From Trichinella spiralis (lineage: Eukaryota): 64,000 bases of DNA. The notes under the pieces were generated by a model, which worked only from the letters and a program-made list of their open reading frames with translations, was not told the origin of the DNA and made no database searches. Position 1 is the first letter of the stretch. Every line of letters begins with the position of its first letter. Below, piece by piece: positions 13,099 through 26,057 of the stretch. The stretch covers positions 3,199,293 through 3,263,292 of the forward strand of contig NW_003526940.1 in assembly GCF_000181795.1 (NCBI RefSeq). The letters run 5' to 3'. The position numbers and the translations under genes were made by a program.

Positions 13099-16000
13099 TT
13101 ATTTCTTCGCCCATTCAGGTTCATTTCCTTCTTTCTAAAATACAAATTAAAAATAAACACAATTTTTCTTTATAATAAATATATAAATTAATATTATTTC
13201 TCATATATTGTGAAAGGGAAAAAATTTTTTCTTTAATAATACAGTGATTAATTAAAGTCTGTACTTATTATCCGATTTTGAAATGAAATATCAAAGATAC
13301 CTTTACAGATATTAATTGATACACACAAACGCATACCTCTTTCAAAACGTCATCAACTGAAAATTTGTTTGATTGTACTGATTTCAGCTGACTTCTGTAA
13401 TCCGGCTGCTGTTTATTAATTATTTCTAATTTTGCGAATCTATAACAAAAAGATAAATATCACAAGTGGAAATAAAATAGTGCAAAAAATTTGCAACACG
13501 CACAGCTTACTTGAATGATCAAAACAAAAAAATTACCAATGAAAATTTTCTCCACCACAAGGAAAAAGCCCACAACCACAACCGGCACCATCACCGCAAA
13601 GGAAAATTATTCTTTCGGTATTTTCATTTGCGCAAAGGGAAAAAATTTTTCCACAAGAAAGCATGCATTTTTCAATGGATATCATTTTAATAGCTTATCT
13701 CTGACTAACTTTTTTCTCAAAAATATTTCAATAATAAAATTGCCTAATCAAAACTGCTGAAACAGTTGATTATTTAAAAAAAATTAAAATTTTCAAATAT
13801 GTAAATCCAATTAAAGCCATTCTGCCATATATATATATATATATATATGTATGTGTATACGCTTTTTTGAGAAGTTTTATTCTTCCACTTCCACGTCGGC
13901 GTTTTTCTTCTCCTAAGAAGAAGAAGAAAAAGAAGAAGAATATCCAGTTTGAATGTCAATTTTTGTGAAAAGAAAAATATGAAGAAAAAAAACAAAAATA
14001 AAAAAATATTTTTAAATTAATTTTAAAAAAGCACCACCTCTTTTTTATCAATCTTCAACGCATCCAAGTTCCACTTATCCGTCTTGACTTGGCGTAAATT
14101 TTCGCGGAAATTTATCTGTTCAGCGGGTTTCTTGTGATATTTAGAGAATCTAATAAAAAATAATAAAACAAAAAGAAACTGCTCTGCTGTAGCATAATTT
14201 TGTCCAAGCAAAACAAACAAACAGACAAACAAACAAACAAAACAAACAACCAAACAAACAAACAAAACCAAACGGGGAATAGAATTGTTTTTTATAAAAA
14301 ACAAGTAATCGCAAGCATAAATAAAACTGGTAGCAAAAAATGCACAACTCAAACCGTTGTCCAAACTTGTATGAACATTTTTTGCATTTCGCAGATATGA
14401 TTATTATTATTATTATGACCGTAGTATATTTACTTTAAACATTACTAGCTAAAAAAGGAAAAAAAAATTCTAGCCGTTACGAGAACACGAGATGGTTGAT
14501 TGTAAGATACTGATAGATAGATAGATGGATCTGGTGAGCGAAGAAGCAAAGATGAATGGCGAATTTTTGTTGCTCGAAATTCTACACTTTTATAGCAGCA
14601 GTGGAAGAAAAATTATGAAAAGAAAAATGATAATTTAGAAAGAAAAATTGAGTCAAAAGAAAACAGGGAGAACATCGCTTTGTAGTAAGTAGATTTTCTC
14701 TTTGAACGGATTCTTGATCGGCAATTTATTTTTTGTTCAATGAGCATCAATTGAATCCGATGCACGGGTAAGCATACGTTCGCCTTTCTTTCCCACGGCC
14801 CATTCAGGCGCTTTCTGAAGAGCAAGAAAATACATGTTTTCAACAAACTGCAATTAAACTGTTCGATCCGCTGCACAATTTTACACAAACATACAGTAGA
14901 CCTGCGACGAGCATTCAAATTTTTTTTACATAAGACAAAACAACCAATCAAATGGCGATGCCAAAAAAATACACACCTCTTCTTTTTCTTTTTTCAATTC
15001 TTCAGTGACATCTTTTTTGACAATTTTTAAATTTGCCCGGAAGTCGACCTTTTCTTCTTTCTTCGCCGCAAACTTTTTAAATCTGCACGAGTCGAATTTC
15101 AAAAATTAAGTAAATAAAACAACAAATAAACAAACAAAACTTCGTCCCAGTTGACAAATGTAACACAATTGTGTTTGTACCTAAGCAAGAAGCTCTAAAA
15201 ACAAAACAACAGAAAGAAAGAAAGCAAGCTGAAAAAGCTTTTCTCAAATCTATTCCATAACTATGCGGCTGCCTGGATTATTATTTTTATTAGCTATTCA
15301 ACAACCTTTGGCGTGATGTTCACAACAAATGCTAAGCTGTTTATATACAAGCTTGTGATGACGTGATGTTATTTTCCATTTTCAAATGCAGCAGTTCAAG
15401 ACAGCAGTGTTAGCTGATTGTAAATCGAAGACTTAATTATGTGGATGTATAGGCAAAAAAAAGAAAAGCGAGCTTACACACGTACATACGCACACACACA
15501 CACACACACATACACACACGTTGTAAATAAATTCGACAAACTATATATATATATGTATGTATTGACATAGCTATTACTCACAAATTTGACAATTCTTTTA
15601 TTCAAAGTTTTAAACATGCAATAACTATGCAATAAGGCAGTTGAAAACTGTTTAAAAAACTGAATTCCATTTATTAAACTGAAAATTAAATATCATTATT
15701 AATTATAATTAAAATAATAAAAAACAGAAAACTCAGTTTTCTGTAATAAACTAAAACATATACAAATATCAGGAGAGCATCATGCTTAACATGCTGTTAT
15801 AGCAGAAATGTTGTACATTTGCATTTCACTTACTTGTTGTCGTATTTGGAAACTTTCTTCAATGTAGGCTTGACGCTGCAATTTGAAAATAATAAAAAGA
15901 AAAATCCATATAATTATTTTTTATTTTTTTAAATTATAACTTACAATTTTCCGCGCAAATCGTTCACTTGAATTGTCAGTTCGTTGATCTAAAAAATAAA

Positions 16001-17170
16001 AACATATTTTTAATCCTAAACATCAAAAAAATTATACAGTAAAAATTTACTTCAAAATCTTTTTGTCGAACTGAATATTCTAAATCATATTTCAGTTCTT
16101 CCAATTCGGCAATCCTCTTCACAAATTGACTTGCAATTTTTTCCAATTCACCTAAAGCAAAACCGTTCATATTTTTATAAATTATTACGCAAACATAAGT
16201 TGTATTATCAAATAAGGTGACATGTTTTTAAATCAGAAGACAAAAAGAGAAAGTGAAATAAACACATTCACAATGTGAATAATATTGATCTGATCAAATG
16301 CAGTGAACTGAAATAAACAAATCATCTTCAAATTGATAAACACGTCAATCAAAAATTTATGAATTATGATTTAGAAAAAAATTTACATTAAATAAAACAT
16401 GAAAAAAAGGAAGAATTTCTTACTTTGATTGTTGATGCTGTCGACGTCAGGCAAAGGTATGATTCGTTCTTGAAGTATGCGTTGACGTTCTTGCTCTTTC
16501 AACAGCTGTTGTTGTTTCAAATCTTCAGCAGCCTTTTTCATCAACAGTTGCTGCAAATTCAAATCATGTTTATCAAATTACAACAAGCAACACAACACAA
16601 CTTTCTAATCACTTAAAAACACTCCTTTCTTATCTCAACTTTTCAATCATCATATGCAGTTTTTATTTTAAAAAAATTTTTACAACATTTTCAAAATAAA
16701 TACTTTCTCTTCTTCAAAAATAATATGCAAATTTACAATCTCATCTTACACGCAATTTTTTCTTCCGTTCCGGTGTGAGAAAACCTTTTTTAGCTTTTTT
16801 AGCTCGTCCGGCTTCTTCCAAACGCTTTCGTACTTCTGCTTTTTTTCGTTCACGTTCCTCACGCTTACGTCGAGCATCCTGCAGAAAAATATGCATAATT
16901 TTAAATTTTTTCAATAATTCATACTAAGACAAGACCAAAGAAAAAAAAATTATAAAATTACTTCTTCTTCATCGTCTTCCACTTGAGCACCTCCATATCT
17001 GTAATGACGGTCAGGAATTTCGACGTAAGCTAAATCCTCTTCTTCTTCCTCCCTTTTATAATATCTGCACAAATATCAAAATTTTTTATTACACACCCAT
17101 TCATTCGTTCAATTTTTAATCATTTAACACAAACTTACTTTCTGTTCGAGTTAACGTCTTCGTCAAACAT
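13099..17170 (-). CDS. tni: Troponin I with alternative 3' exon modules
   Basis: Common exons 17139-17170, 16962-17064, 16750-16878, 16424-16550, 16051-16151, 15945-15988, 15834-15875, all phase-consistent. They encode [38 protein letters not shown] and [22 protein letters not shown] (protostome TnI signatures). Alternative ends lie in 13099-15082. Confidence 0.93.
15491..15519. repeat. (CA)n microsatellite in a troponin I intron, (GU)n in the transcript
   Basis: cacacacacacacacacacatacacacac read directly. Confidence 0.9.
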
Positions 17171-19881
17171 CCTTTTTCTTATAACTTTTACAACTAACTG
17201 GCAGTAAACAAAACTGAAAAACGTTCACCATTAAAATTCAACAATTCCACACGTTAATGGATTATTATTTGAAAAAACTTTTGCTTCATTCTTTTTTTTT
17301 ATTATATATTCATACTTCACGTTGAGACAAAATATATACTGCATACTTCCTCAAACATACGTCACACTGTTCATTCATTATTTAATATTTTTTTCTGTAA
17401 AGCTGTTTCTTCCTCTTTTTTATTTAAATAATTACATAACAAAATCATAAAAATTTATTATTAATAAATAAATTTACATGAACAATTTCATGTTTTCTAA
17501 CTTTTCCAATTCTCCTAACATTGAACAATTAGTTAAAATAATTTTAAAAAATAGGTAGCAAAACTTGAAAACAACTTCAATTTTTCAAATAAATAAAAAA
17601 TTATTTTCATACATAATTTTTCTTCTTACTGTAATTTAACTGCGTGAGTTCAATTTAGGTGAACTGATGAATTAACGACGATCTGTGTGAAATTGTTTTG
17701 GTTGGAATAAATACTGAACGGAATTGACTAGAAAATTTTCGCTTTTCTATTATAATCGAAAGCTTAAAATCGAAGACAATTCATCATCAACACTTTCCAT
17801 GAGATGATGTATTTGCAATGCACTACTTTTGCACGTTGTTTATTATATAACATCAACAGCCTACTTAATATATTCAAATTGATACCTGATATATATCACA
17901 CGTGATTTGTTAAATTTTAATAAAACGCCATTGGGAAGAAATACCTTACAAATTGAAGAAAATATTGATTTAGAAAAAGAACTGCACATTAAATGTTATC
18001 AAAGAGCATACAATGGTGTATTAAAAATAACAAGTGGACGAGTTGTAGTTGGACACAAATGTTTAGCATATTTATTTCTAATCTGAAACTTGAAACGAAT
18101 AAAAAAATTCAATTCAACAGCAAAATGTTACAACTTGCTCAAAATGTACGTTGTTAATAAAATTATCAGTGAAAAATAATTACTAACAAATAGTAATCAA
18201 TCAGGTCAGTGAATCTAAAATGAAAATGAACACCGTTATGATCATCCATGTTAAAAATTTTGTTTTTGATAACTTTCTTTTTAACAAACTTATTATTCAT
18301 ATCACCTGACAACGTGGAAAAGTATGAAAATTACTGTAACCTAGAATAAACAAAAAACAAACAAGCAAACAACTTTATCATAATATAAACAAAGTGACAA
18401 AAAGAATGCAGGTCAAATAGCTGTTTAGTTAGTTTAATATTTATAATTTTTTTAAATAAATAATAATTTGTTCAATGAAATGTTCGCTATATTAAATTTA
18501 TTACCCAAGCCTATTAAACTTGTATTATAATTAAAAAAATAAAGATTTAAAACAAGGGACAAAAAGAAGGATGAAAAATAAAATTTTATCAAACAATGTA
18601 TAATGTTATCAATGAATTTGAAATTATTGAATATTAAAAATGAAAAATATTACCTTTTTGCTGATAAGAGTTATAGAGGGTGGAAAAGTTTGGAAAAGAA
18701 ATGAGACGAGTGGAGTTGAGATTGGTGGAGTGAAGGGAAATAAAATTCGTAGCGTAGCGTTAGTTTCGTGAAGCGGTGAAGTTCGTATAGTTGCTGCCAG
18801 CTGGTTAGCTTTCAATCTTTATTTTTATTTGTTATAAGAGTGCCAGCTAACAACTAACCAACTAAAACTGCCTAGAAGAAGAAGAAGAAGAAGAAGAAGA
18901 AAGCTTGCTAGCCGTCTGTTGCGCTAGTTGGGCTGCTTGGAAACACGTCAGCAACTAGCCAACGTTTTTCAACGACAACTTTCTAATACTTCATTGAAAT
19001 AAATAAATATATATCTGCCTGCCTGCCTGCCTGCCTGCTTGCTTGCCTGTCACCCTGAACATGCTACACTTCAAAACTTCATCCTACTATGCTTTGCATT
19101 ATAATTTCGTAAGCAACGCGTGTGAAACTAAACATAGCTTTGGACTATAATCATCATTGGCTGGCTGGCTGTTAGCCAGCCAAATGGAAATAATAGCAAA
19201 ATCAACTAGCTTTCTGGTCAGCGCCTCCTCTGTTTTCCGCTATTGACAACACAAAAACAGCCGTGCAAAATTTATACAACGTAGTAATAAATGTCAAAAT
19301 TCTCTACATTCAATAGTTAAAATTCCCTCAATTCATAATTGCCGCTGATTTCCGCTTGCGTAATATTTTTCATTTTTTCCAACACATCTGTAATATTTTT
19401 TTCCATAATTTCTAATTTTAAAATATCAAATATAAATAACAATTTTAATAATAAATGATTTATTTACTTATTTATTTTTGAAAAAAAACTGACTGCGTTG
19501 AATGCATACTGAAGAAATTATAAAACTTGAAATCTGTATTATTAAATCTACTGCAACGATCATAATCAAGACATTTTATAATATTTTAACAATTTTGTTT
19601 CATATGCTTAATTTTTTTTATATTTTCAAAATTCCTTTCCTTTTTTAAAAATCATCTTTTACAATTTTTGCTGTAAATTATCAGCTATTAGATGCTATTA
19701 CAATCTGTTTTTTAGGGACTATTTTTGCGTTACGATCTCTTATCGGTTGAAAATGATTACAGTATGATTCGATGTCAAAAACATTCTTTTCATTAGTCTT
19801 TACAAAGTGCGATTCCATTTGCTAATAATTCCTAATTGTGAATGGCTGCAATATTACGGGCTTCATTGCTTAAATTGTATC

Positions 19882-22447
19882 TGTTGAATTGCATCTAGTG
19901 AACAACGCTTGGTTGCGTTGAGGTTACGTGTGCGCGGAGCGATTGGTGTGCTGGCAAGTGTAGTGGTGAAGGTGCAGCGTCTGCTAAGGTGCAGTCGAGT
20001 GTGCTTAGTGCATAGTGTGTTGCAGTGTAGTGCATTTAGTTGCTGTGTGCTGCAGAGTTACGTGAGTGATTCCTGAATTACTGAACTTGTCTCTGTTGTT
20101 GGATCAAATAAAGTTATCCATCCCCCTCCCCCGCCGCCGCAAGCAGTTGTGTTTGATCACAGTAAGAATCATTCTTGCAGATCGATAGTCGATCTACCAT
20201 AATCTGGAATACACAAAAACATACAGTCCACTGACCGAGCATCAAATTACGTTGTGTCCACAGCATTTTGGTCCTCTGAGCCGGATTCTGAAAAAGTCAG
20301 ATTCCAAGTGATTGTGATTCTACGGAATCCGCGATCTACGGATAGATTGTGATAGTTATCAAAACAATGCTGAAAGAGAGATCTTCCTCCCCTCCAAGGA
20401 AGCTGGTCGAGTTGAAGAGACGACTGCAGTTCTTCGCGGAAGAGCTGGACCAACTATGCAAAGAGAATGTTGCAGCTGGTAGGATCGAAGCCGAGCTCGT
20501 TACTACCGAAGAGATCTACCGTCGAGTCGATAGATTCCGGGAAGAGTATGAGACTGGTCTGGACGGTGAAGAAGCGGCAACCGCGATAGCCGAGTGGGCA
20601 GAATATCGACAGGACTAAAGTGAGATCACTGTCCGTGCGCGAACCTTAATAAGCGCGGGAGAGGTGCACGCAACAAGTTCTCAGAACAACGCTTGACTGC
20701 CGTCCCTCCAGCTTCCCAAGTACGGAGGTGACGTCACCGAATTTCGGGGATTCTGGGACCGATTCGCTGACAGCATCCACAAGCGGACAGATCTCTCAGA
20801 TGGAACCAAACTGACGTATTTGCATGGCTGCCTGACAGGCGATGCGTTGAGGGCAATCAGTTGCCTGTCCTCTAATGGCCTCTACAAGGTGGCAGTGCAG
20901 AGGCTGAAAGAACGCTTCGACCGACCGTACACCGCGGTGAGAAAGTTGACACTCGACCTGCTCAGGATCACCACCGGCGAATGGACGATGGGGAGGCTCC
21001 CTGACCACATAGACTGCCACATCGATACTCTGACAGAAATGGGGAAGGATCCCCGCACGGCTGAGTTTTCACTGGCAGAATTGTATGTCATTGCTGGCAG
21101 AGAGAAACTCGCAGACGCGACCAAGCTCAAATAAGATAAGCTGGTGAAGGCCGATGAGAAGTTGCAATCTGACTTGGCGGCATTCCAGCGTTTTATCCGG
21201 GAGCAAATGGGGTTGATGGCTGAGTCCCACTGGAGCATTTTTAAAACAGGGCGCAACTGGAAGCCCGGAAAGGCGTCTGAAAGCAGCAAAACCAAATCCA
21301 CGATTCGCAAGGGCAGTTTGCCTGTCTGAGACAGGCGAGCGGTCGCACGCCACGCCTCAGTAGCAAAGGGCTCACACAAGGTGTTGGCCTGTCCTGAAGT
21401 GCTGAAAGCGAATAGCATTCAACGGCGGGCGTTGGACAAGAAGGCTGGCCTGTGCTTCAGCTACCTTGAACCAGGACATGAGGCGAAAGGGTGTGGCCAG
21501 CGTGGAGGAAAGAAGAACAGTGGGAGGAGCAGTGACTCCCCGGCCCCGCTATCCGGCGTGAAGCCTTCTGACCCATCGCAAGAGAGGGATCAGAAGGAGG
21601 GCAAACAGCTTCGACCCGTGAGGGTGAACCTCACTTCGGGTGATGAGTCAGGCGGGACTCGACTGCAGATCATCCGGGCTCGCGCTCATAGCGACGGAGG
21701 CAAAAAGATGGTCGTCAACTGCCTGTTCGACACGGCAGCGGAGCGATCATTCATCAGGGAGAATGTGGCGCAAGAACTCCAATTGAAACGCTTTCTGTTG
21801 TGCTGAGTGTTACGAAGCTCAAAAGTCACGGCTTGTGAACTTCTGACTCAGCCCTTTGTTCAGAGAAGCCTGAAGGCCGGTAATCAGCTGCCATGGACTA
21901 TGGAGAAGTTGTGCGACAACGTCGTCTGGTCAAAGATCTCGATACAAGCGTGACCACATCTCCGCAGCTTGGGACTGCCGGATCAAGAAAGCGAAGAAGA
22001 GTTGCCAGTGCACGTCGTCCTTGGAGTCGACTACTTCTTCCGCCTGTTTGGGTCAACGATTTGTCGTGAACTGTCGTCGCTACCTGACAGGGACTGCGAT
22101 GGAAGACCAGTGCGAGGAAGCAACCGCGTCCTGACCCGGCTGCATCAGAGATGGAGAGATACTAGAGGAGAATGGTAGATCACTTATGAACACGCTTGAA
22201 GCAGGAGTACATTGTGACGCTTTCTTCACATGAAAAGTGGCGAAAATTGCAGGAACAGTCGGCTGTTGGCGATGTGGTTTTAATCATCGAACTGAACACC
22301 CCTTGTAGCCAGGCACAGCTTGGACGAATCGGGGAACTGCTCTGTTCCCAAGATGGTAGGGCCCTCTCAGCCAAGTTGCAAACTGTGAGTAGCTTGATAA
22401 CCAGATCAGTTCGCTCCTTGGTGCTGTTAGAACCAGGAGGGGGTTGA
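19882..22447 (+). mobile_element. Degenerate, internally deleted BEL/Pao LTR retrotransposon
   Basis: Putative 5' LTR TGTTG...CAGCA (19882-20265), then PBS. Gag DUF1759-like LPKYGGDVTEFRGFWDRF...YLHGCLTGDA, decayed zinc knuckle CFSYLEPGHEAKGC, aspartic protease CLFDTAAERSFI, Pao C-terminal KQEY...GDVVLI...ITRSVRSLVLLEP, purine tract near 22436-22443. Many stops and frameshifts; RT and RNase H not recognisable. Confidence 0.88.
20269..20288 (+). promoter_or_regulatory. Primer-binding site of the BEL/Pao element (tRNA-Tyr-like)
   Basis: TGGTCCTCTGAGCCGGATTC lies just after the LTR end and differs at 2 positions from the recalled complement of the tRNA-Tyr 3' end (TGGTCCTTCGAGCCGGAT). Confidence 0.7.
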
Positions 22448-24629
22448 TGCCTTACACCAGCCTCAATGGCAAAAATTAGTATATCATTGGTCGGCGAATG
22501 ATACACTAACAATTGCTCACCCGAGTTTGTTTTTGTCTGTTCAGCAGTGAGCCGCATATCCTGCTGCTTGGCCGGAAGTCCTGGGTAACTGCGGGCGTGG
22601 CTGTAGTGCACTGTTCGCTGCGCCTAATCCCAAGTTGGGAAATAAGTGGCAGTATCTAAGCTAGTGGAGGCATTGCTTGCCAGCTCATCGTAAGCCACTG
22701 TTAGCGGCCTCACATCCTCTACGGCCAGCCGTCTCAATTCATTAAGCTGCTGCTGATGATATAATGTTTGAGGGTCTACTCGGCAGCCATCTGCATGCTC
22801 ACTGATTCGTATTAATTGTGTGGCTCACAGATCAGTATACCGTTTGTTACGGCAACCTCTTATTCTCTAATTTGAAAAGACATGAATTGCTGATGATATT
22901 ACACAATAATAATAACGTGCTGTATTGAAACAATTCGGTTTACCGTTGCGCATATCCAACATTTGTGCATTTTGTCCACTTCAGGGTGTAGCACTGTCTT
23001 CCGTATACTAATTTTTGTTGGCTCCTTTGGGTAGATACGAACTGAATTTCATCATTATTTGTCTTCATCATTAAAAAAAATCTCAAAGCAACGATAAGGG
23101 AAAGAACACAAGGTAGTTACGGTAAACAACAATAAGAGAAAATAGAATTTCATTTGTAGCTTTTGCACTTTTCTAGTTTATTTGTCTAGCTCAGTCAGTT
23201 CTGTCTAGCTTAATGCCCAATAGGGCTTTGCCTCCTGCTTTCTGATGATGTACAATTTGTTTACTCTAGTTTTCGTAATACTATGAATTATTAGTAATAT
23301 TAGAAATAAGTAAAGTAAAATAAAGTAAAGTAAAGTAAAGTAGAAGTAAAATAAAAACAATTACAACTATTAGTAATATTAGTAATACTATGAAAAATGC
23401 AGTACTTTCCAGTTCAGAATTTTACCAGGCAAAACATTTCAGATGCACGATATCTGAAACATCATTTTCTTGTGATGTCATTACAACAGGCAAGCAAATA
23501 CTGTTTAGTGGAATATGCACTAACAGTTATTTCGCTCATCAGCTAATGAACTCTCGATTGCAAAGCACTAAACTTAAACGCAAGACCAAATAAAAGTGAT
23601 TTTGACAGTCTTGAATTCTACTGTAAATAACCATTTTGCAACATTTAGTTTTCATTTCTCATTTTATCAACCTCGAATATCGATTTCCTCATAAAAACTT
23701 TTCCATATGTTTATGTGAAAACTATAGAAAGGGTTGAGAAAAATGTAGTCGTATGGGAGCCAAACAAATGAAATTACCTATTTGAAATCATTTTACCAAA
23801 CAAAACTGCAAGCAGAGAAGGATATTTTTCGTCTCAAGTTCACTCCATTATGAGTGTGCGCATTTTCTTGCTCTAGCACCGCATATGCTCTGCCGAAATA
23901 CAGTCATTGTTAATTATCCTCGTAAGAGCACAAATTGATCTTTCATGTGCAGCCAAAACATTCATTCCCATTGTTCGGGGTGAACAATAACTGCGCAATA
24001 TCAAACGATTCGTTGCCTGGATCAAGCAGTGAATTGTCCATTTCAGAAAGCGTCTGCCTGAAGCATTGTAAAAATTCCAAACTACCAGTATTATTTGGTT
24101 GAATTTATGCCTTGCGCATTTCTATGGCATCATGCTGCTCACAAATACTGAAATTCTAGCTGCTGTACGGTATCGTGAAATGTTTAATAAACATTTGGTG
24201 CATTATGTACTGACTTCACATTATATACAAGGGTCTGTAAAAAATTTCTCAGATGCAGCGTAGCTGCTTTACAGATTGAACTGAAAATGCTTTTGGCTAG
24301 CTTAGGGGAAATTTACTCCATATGTGTGTTGATCTAGTGAAATTTCAGAAAATCCTGTGATGAATTTTGACGTTGCTCATGATATAATATACATTCTTCT
24401 TGAAAAAACAATAAAAGTATTAATTAATAAAATAAAAAATTTAATTGTTGGTCAAGAAATGAAAAACATATTTTATTTTCAAAAAATAGGTTAAAACTTC
24501 ACATTACACTGCATTATTTTGAAGTGAAAGGGCCATAGACAACTTTAAAATTCTCATTCAGAAAGAAATTTAAACAAAAGATAAAACAAAATTGTTCAAA
24601 GTAATAAACTTTAAAGTTTTACTTATTGG

Positions 24630-25915
24630 ATGGCGTTAGCAAAATTTATCATTTCATCTGTTTCCGAGCTTGGGGTACGTGAGGCAAATTTCAAGTTGTC
24701 GAGGTAAGTGACCAATCAATCATTCATTTGCCGCATTATGATTATATTCATTTCATATTTATAATATATGTAGTAACTTATGGTTTCATTAAATTTTACG
24801 ATACTAATAATATTAAAAACTTCAGAAATAGCAATACGTATTATCTGAAAAAAATGCTCCTTACCGCGATTCTCGTAGTAATTATTCTGGCATTGATCTA
24901 CCACTTTGTTACTAAAAAAAAGCAAACTGTGGAATGGAAAGAAACGCGAGTTCATCCAATGACAGCAATTCCTGAAAAGAAAACACCAGAGGAAATTATT
25001 AAGGAATCAAAAGAACTGCAGCTAAAAGCAGACAAGAAACAGGTGGGAAAAACAAAAAAGAAAACAAAATCCAAAAAGAGCAAGAAAGCTATTAAAAGCA
25101 TACCGAAAGGAACGGATATAAGCAAAGAGAAAACAGAAACTGATAAAAAAATAGAAATGGCGGAAAGTTCACCTGAAACAATTCCAGCAGTCACTGAAAC
25201 AAGAGATGTAATTCCGCAAATTCTTTCCAACGTTGGGACAGAAGAAATAACCAAAGCAGCGGAAAAAATAAGACGGGAAGATTCAGAAAAAAAGAAAAGA
25301 AAACTGAAAAGAAAATCCAAATCCAAAAAAGACAGAGAAATGGAAAAAGAGATGTCAGTAAAGCAACATATGATGAGCAAAGAGAAATCTGAGACAAAAT
25401 TGCGAACTCAAGTAGCACCATTTCAATTGCAAAGCATTGCACAATTTACGGAAGAAGAGAATATAATGGGGCAAGTCGTTGCACAGAGGGATTTTAAACA
25501 GCAGACTAAAGTAGAAGAAAAAATAAAAAAAGCAGACTCAAAAAAAAGAAAATTAAAGTCTGCAAAAAGGTCTAAATCAACAAAAACTAAGAAAGAAAAG
25601 ACAGAAATGATGGTAGAGAAAGATATAAGCTCAAAAAAACATAAGAGCAAACTGGAAGATGAAATTATGCAATGGACACCAGAAGTGAGAGCACAAGCCA
25701 CTGAGAGCAACCGTCTAATTGACAGAATGAGCAGGACAAGACTGTCAGAGAAAATAAGAGAAGAAAAGCAGCAGAAAAGAATTGGAGAGGGAAGGGAATC
25801 GAGAAAAAGAGAAAAAAGAAGTCCAAAAAGAAAATCAAAAGTCGGAATAAGAGCAAGAAAGGCGAAACAGAGGTGTACAGTAAAAACAACATATGCACGC
25901 AAAGCAGACACATGA
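24630..25915 (+). CDS. Uncharacterised Lys/Glu-rich protein with an N-terminal transmembrane/signal anchor
   Basis: Exon 24630-24703 (AG|GTAAGT) splices in phase to 24826 (ttcag). Hydrophobic MLLTAILVVIILALIYHFV followed by repeated basic clusters (KKKTKSKKSKK, KKKRKLKRKSKSKK, KKRKLKSAKRSK). The 3' end is close to a gap and may be frameshifted. Confidence 0.65.
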
Positions 25916-26047
25916 AACAAAAAAAAGCAGGTTATGGAAGCACCAACAACAACGGAAATTAACTGCCAGCCGTTAGCGATGAAGCAGTCAATGTTCAGGC
26001 CAATCACAGTTGAAAAAAAAGCCTGATGAATTCATTAAAGAAGTGCA

Positions 26048-26057
26048 NNNNNNNNNN
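26048..26057. other. Assembly gap (10 N)
   Basis: N run. Confidence 1.

Noticed and set aside
23760..24200. GC-richer patch with a minus-strand acceptor and short open frames
   Set aside because: No recognisable protein or element signature.
24952..26007. Long hydrophobic Phe/Leu/Ser-rich minus-strand ORFs (142-194 aa)
   Set aside because: Antisense shadows of the A-rich Lys/Glu coding strand.
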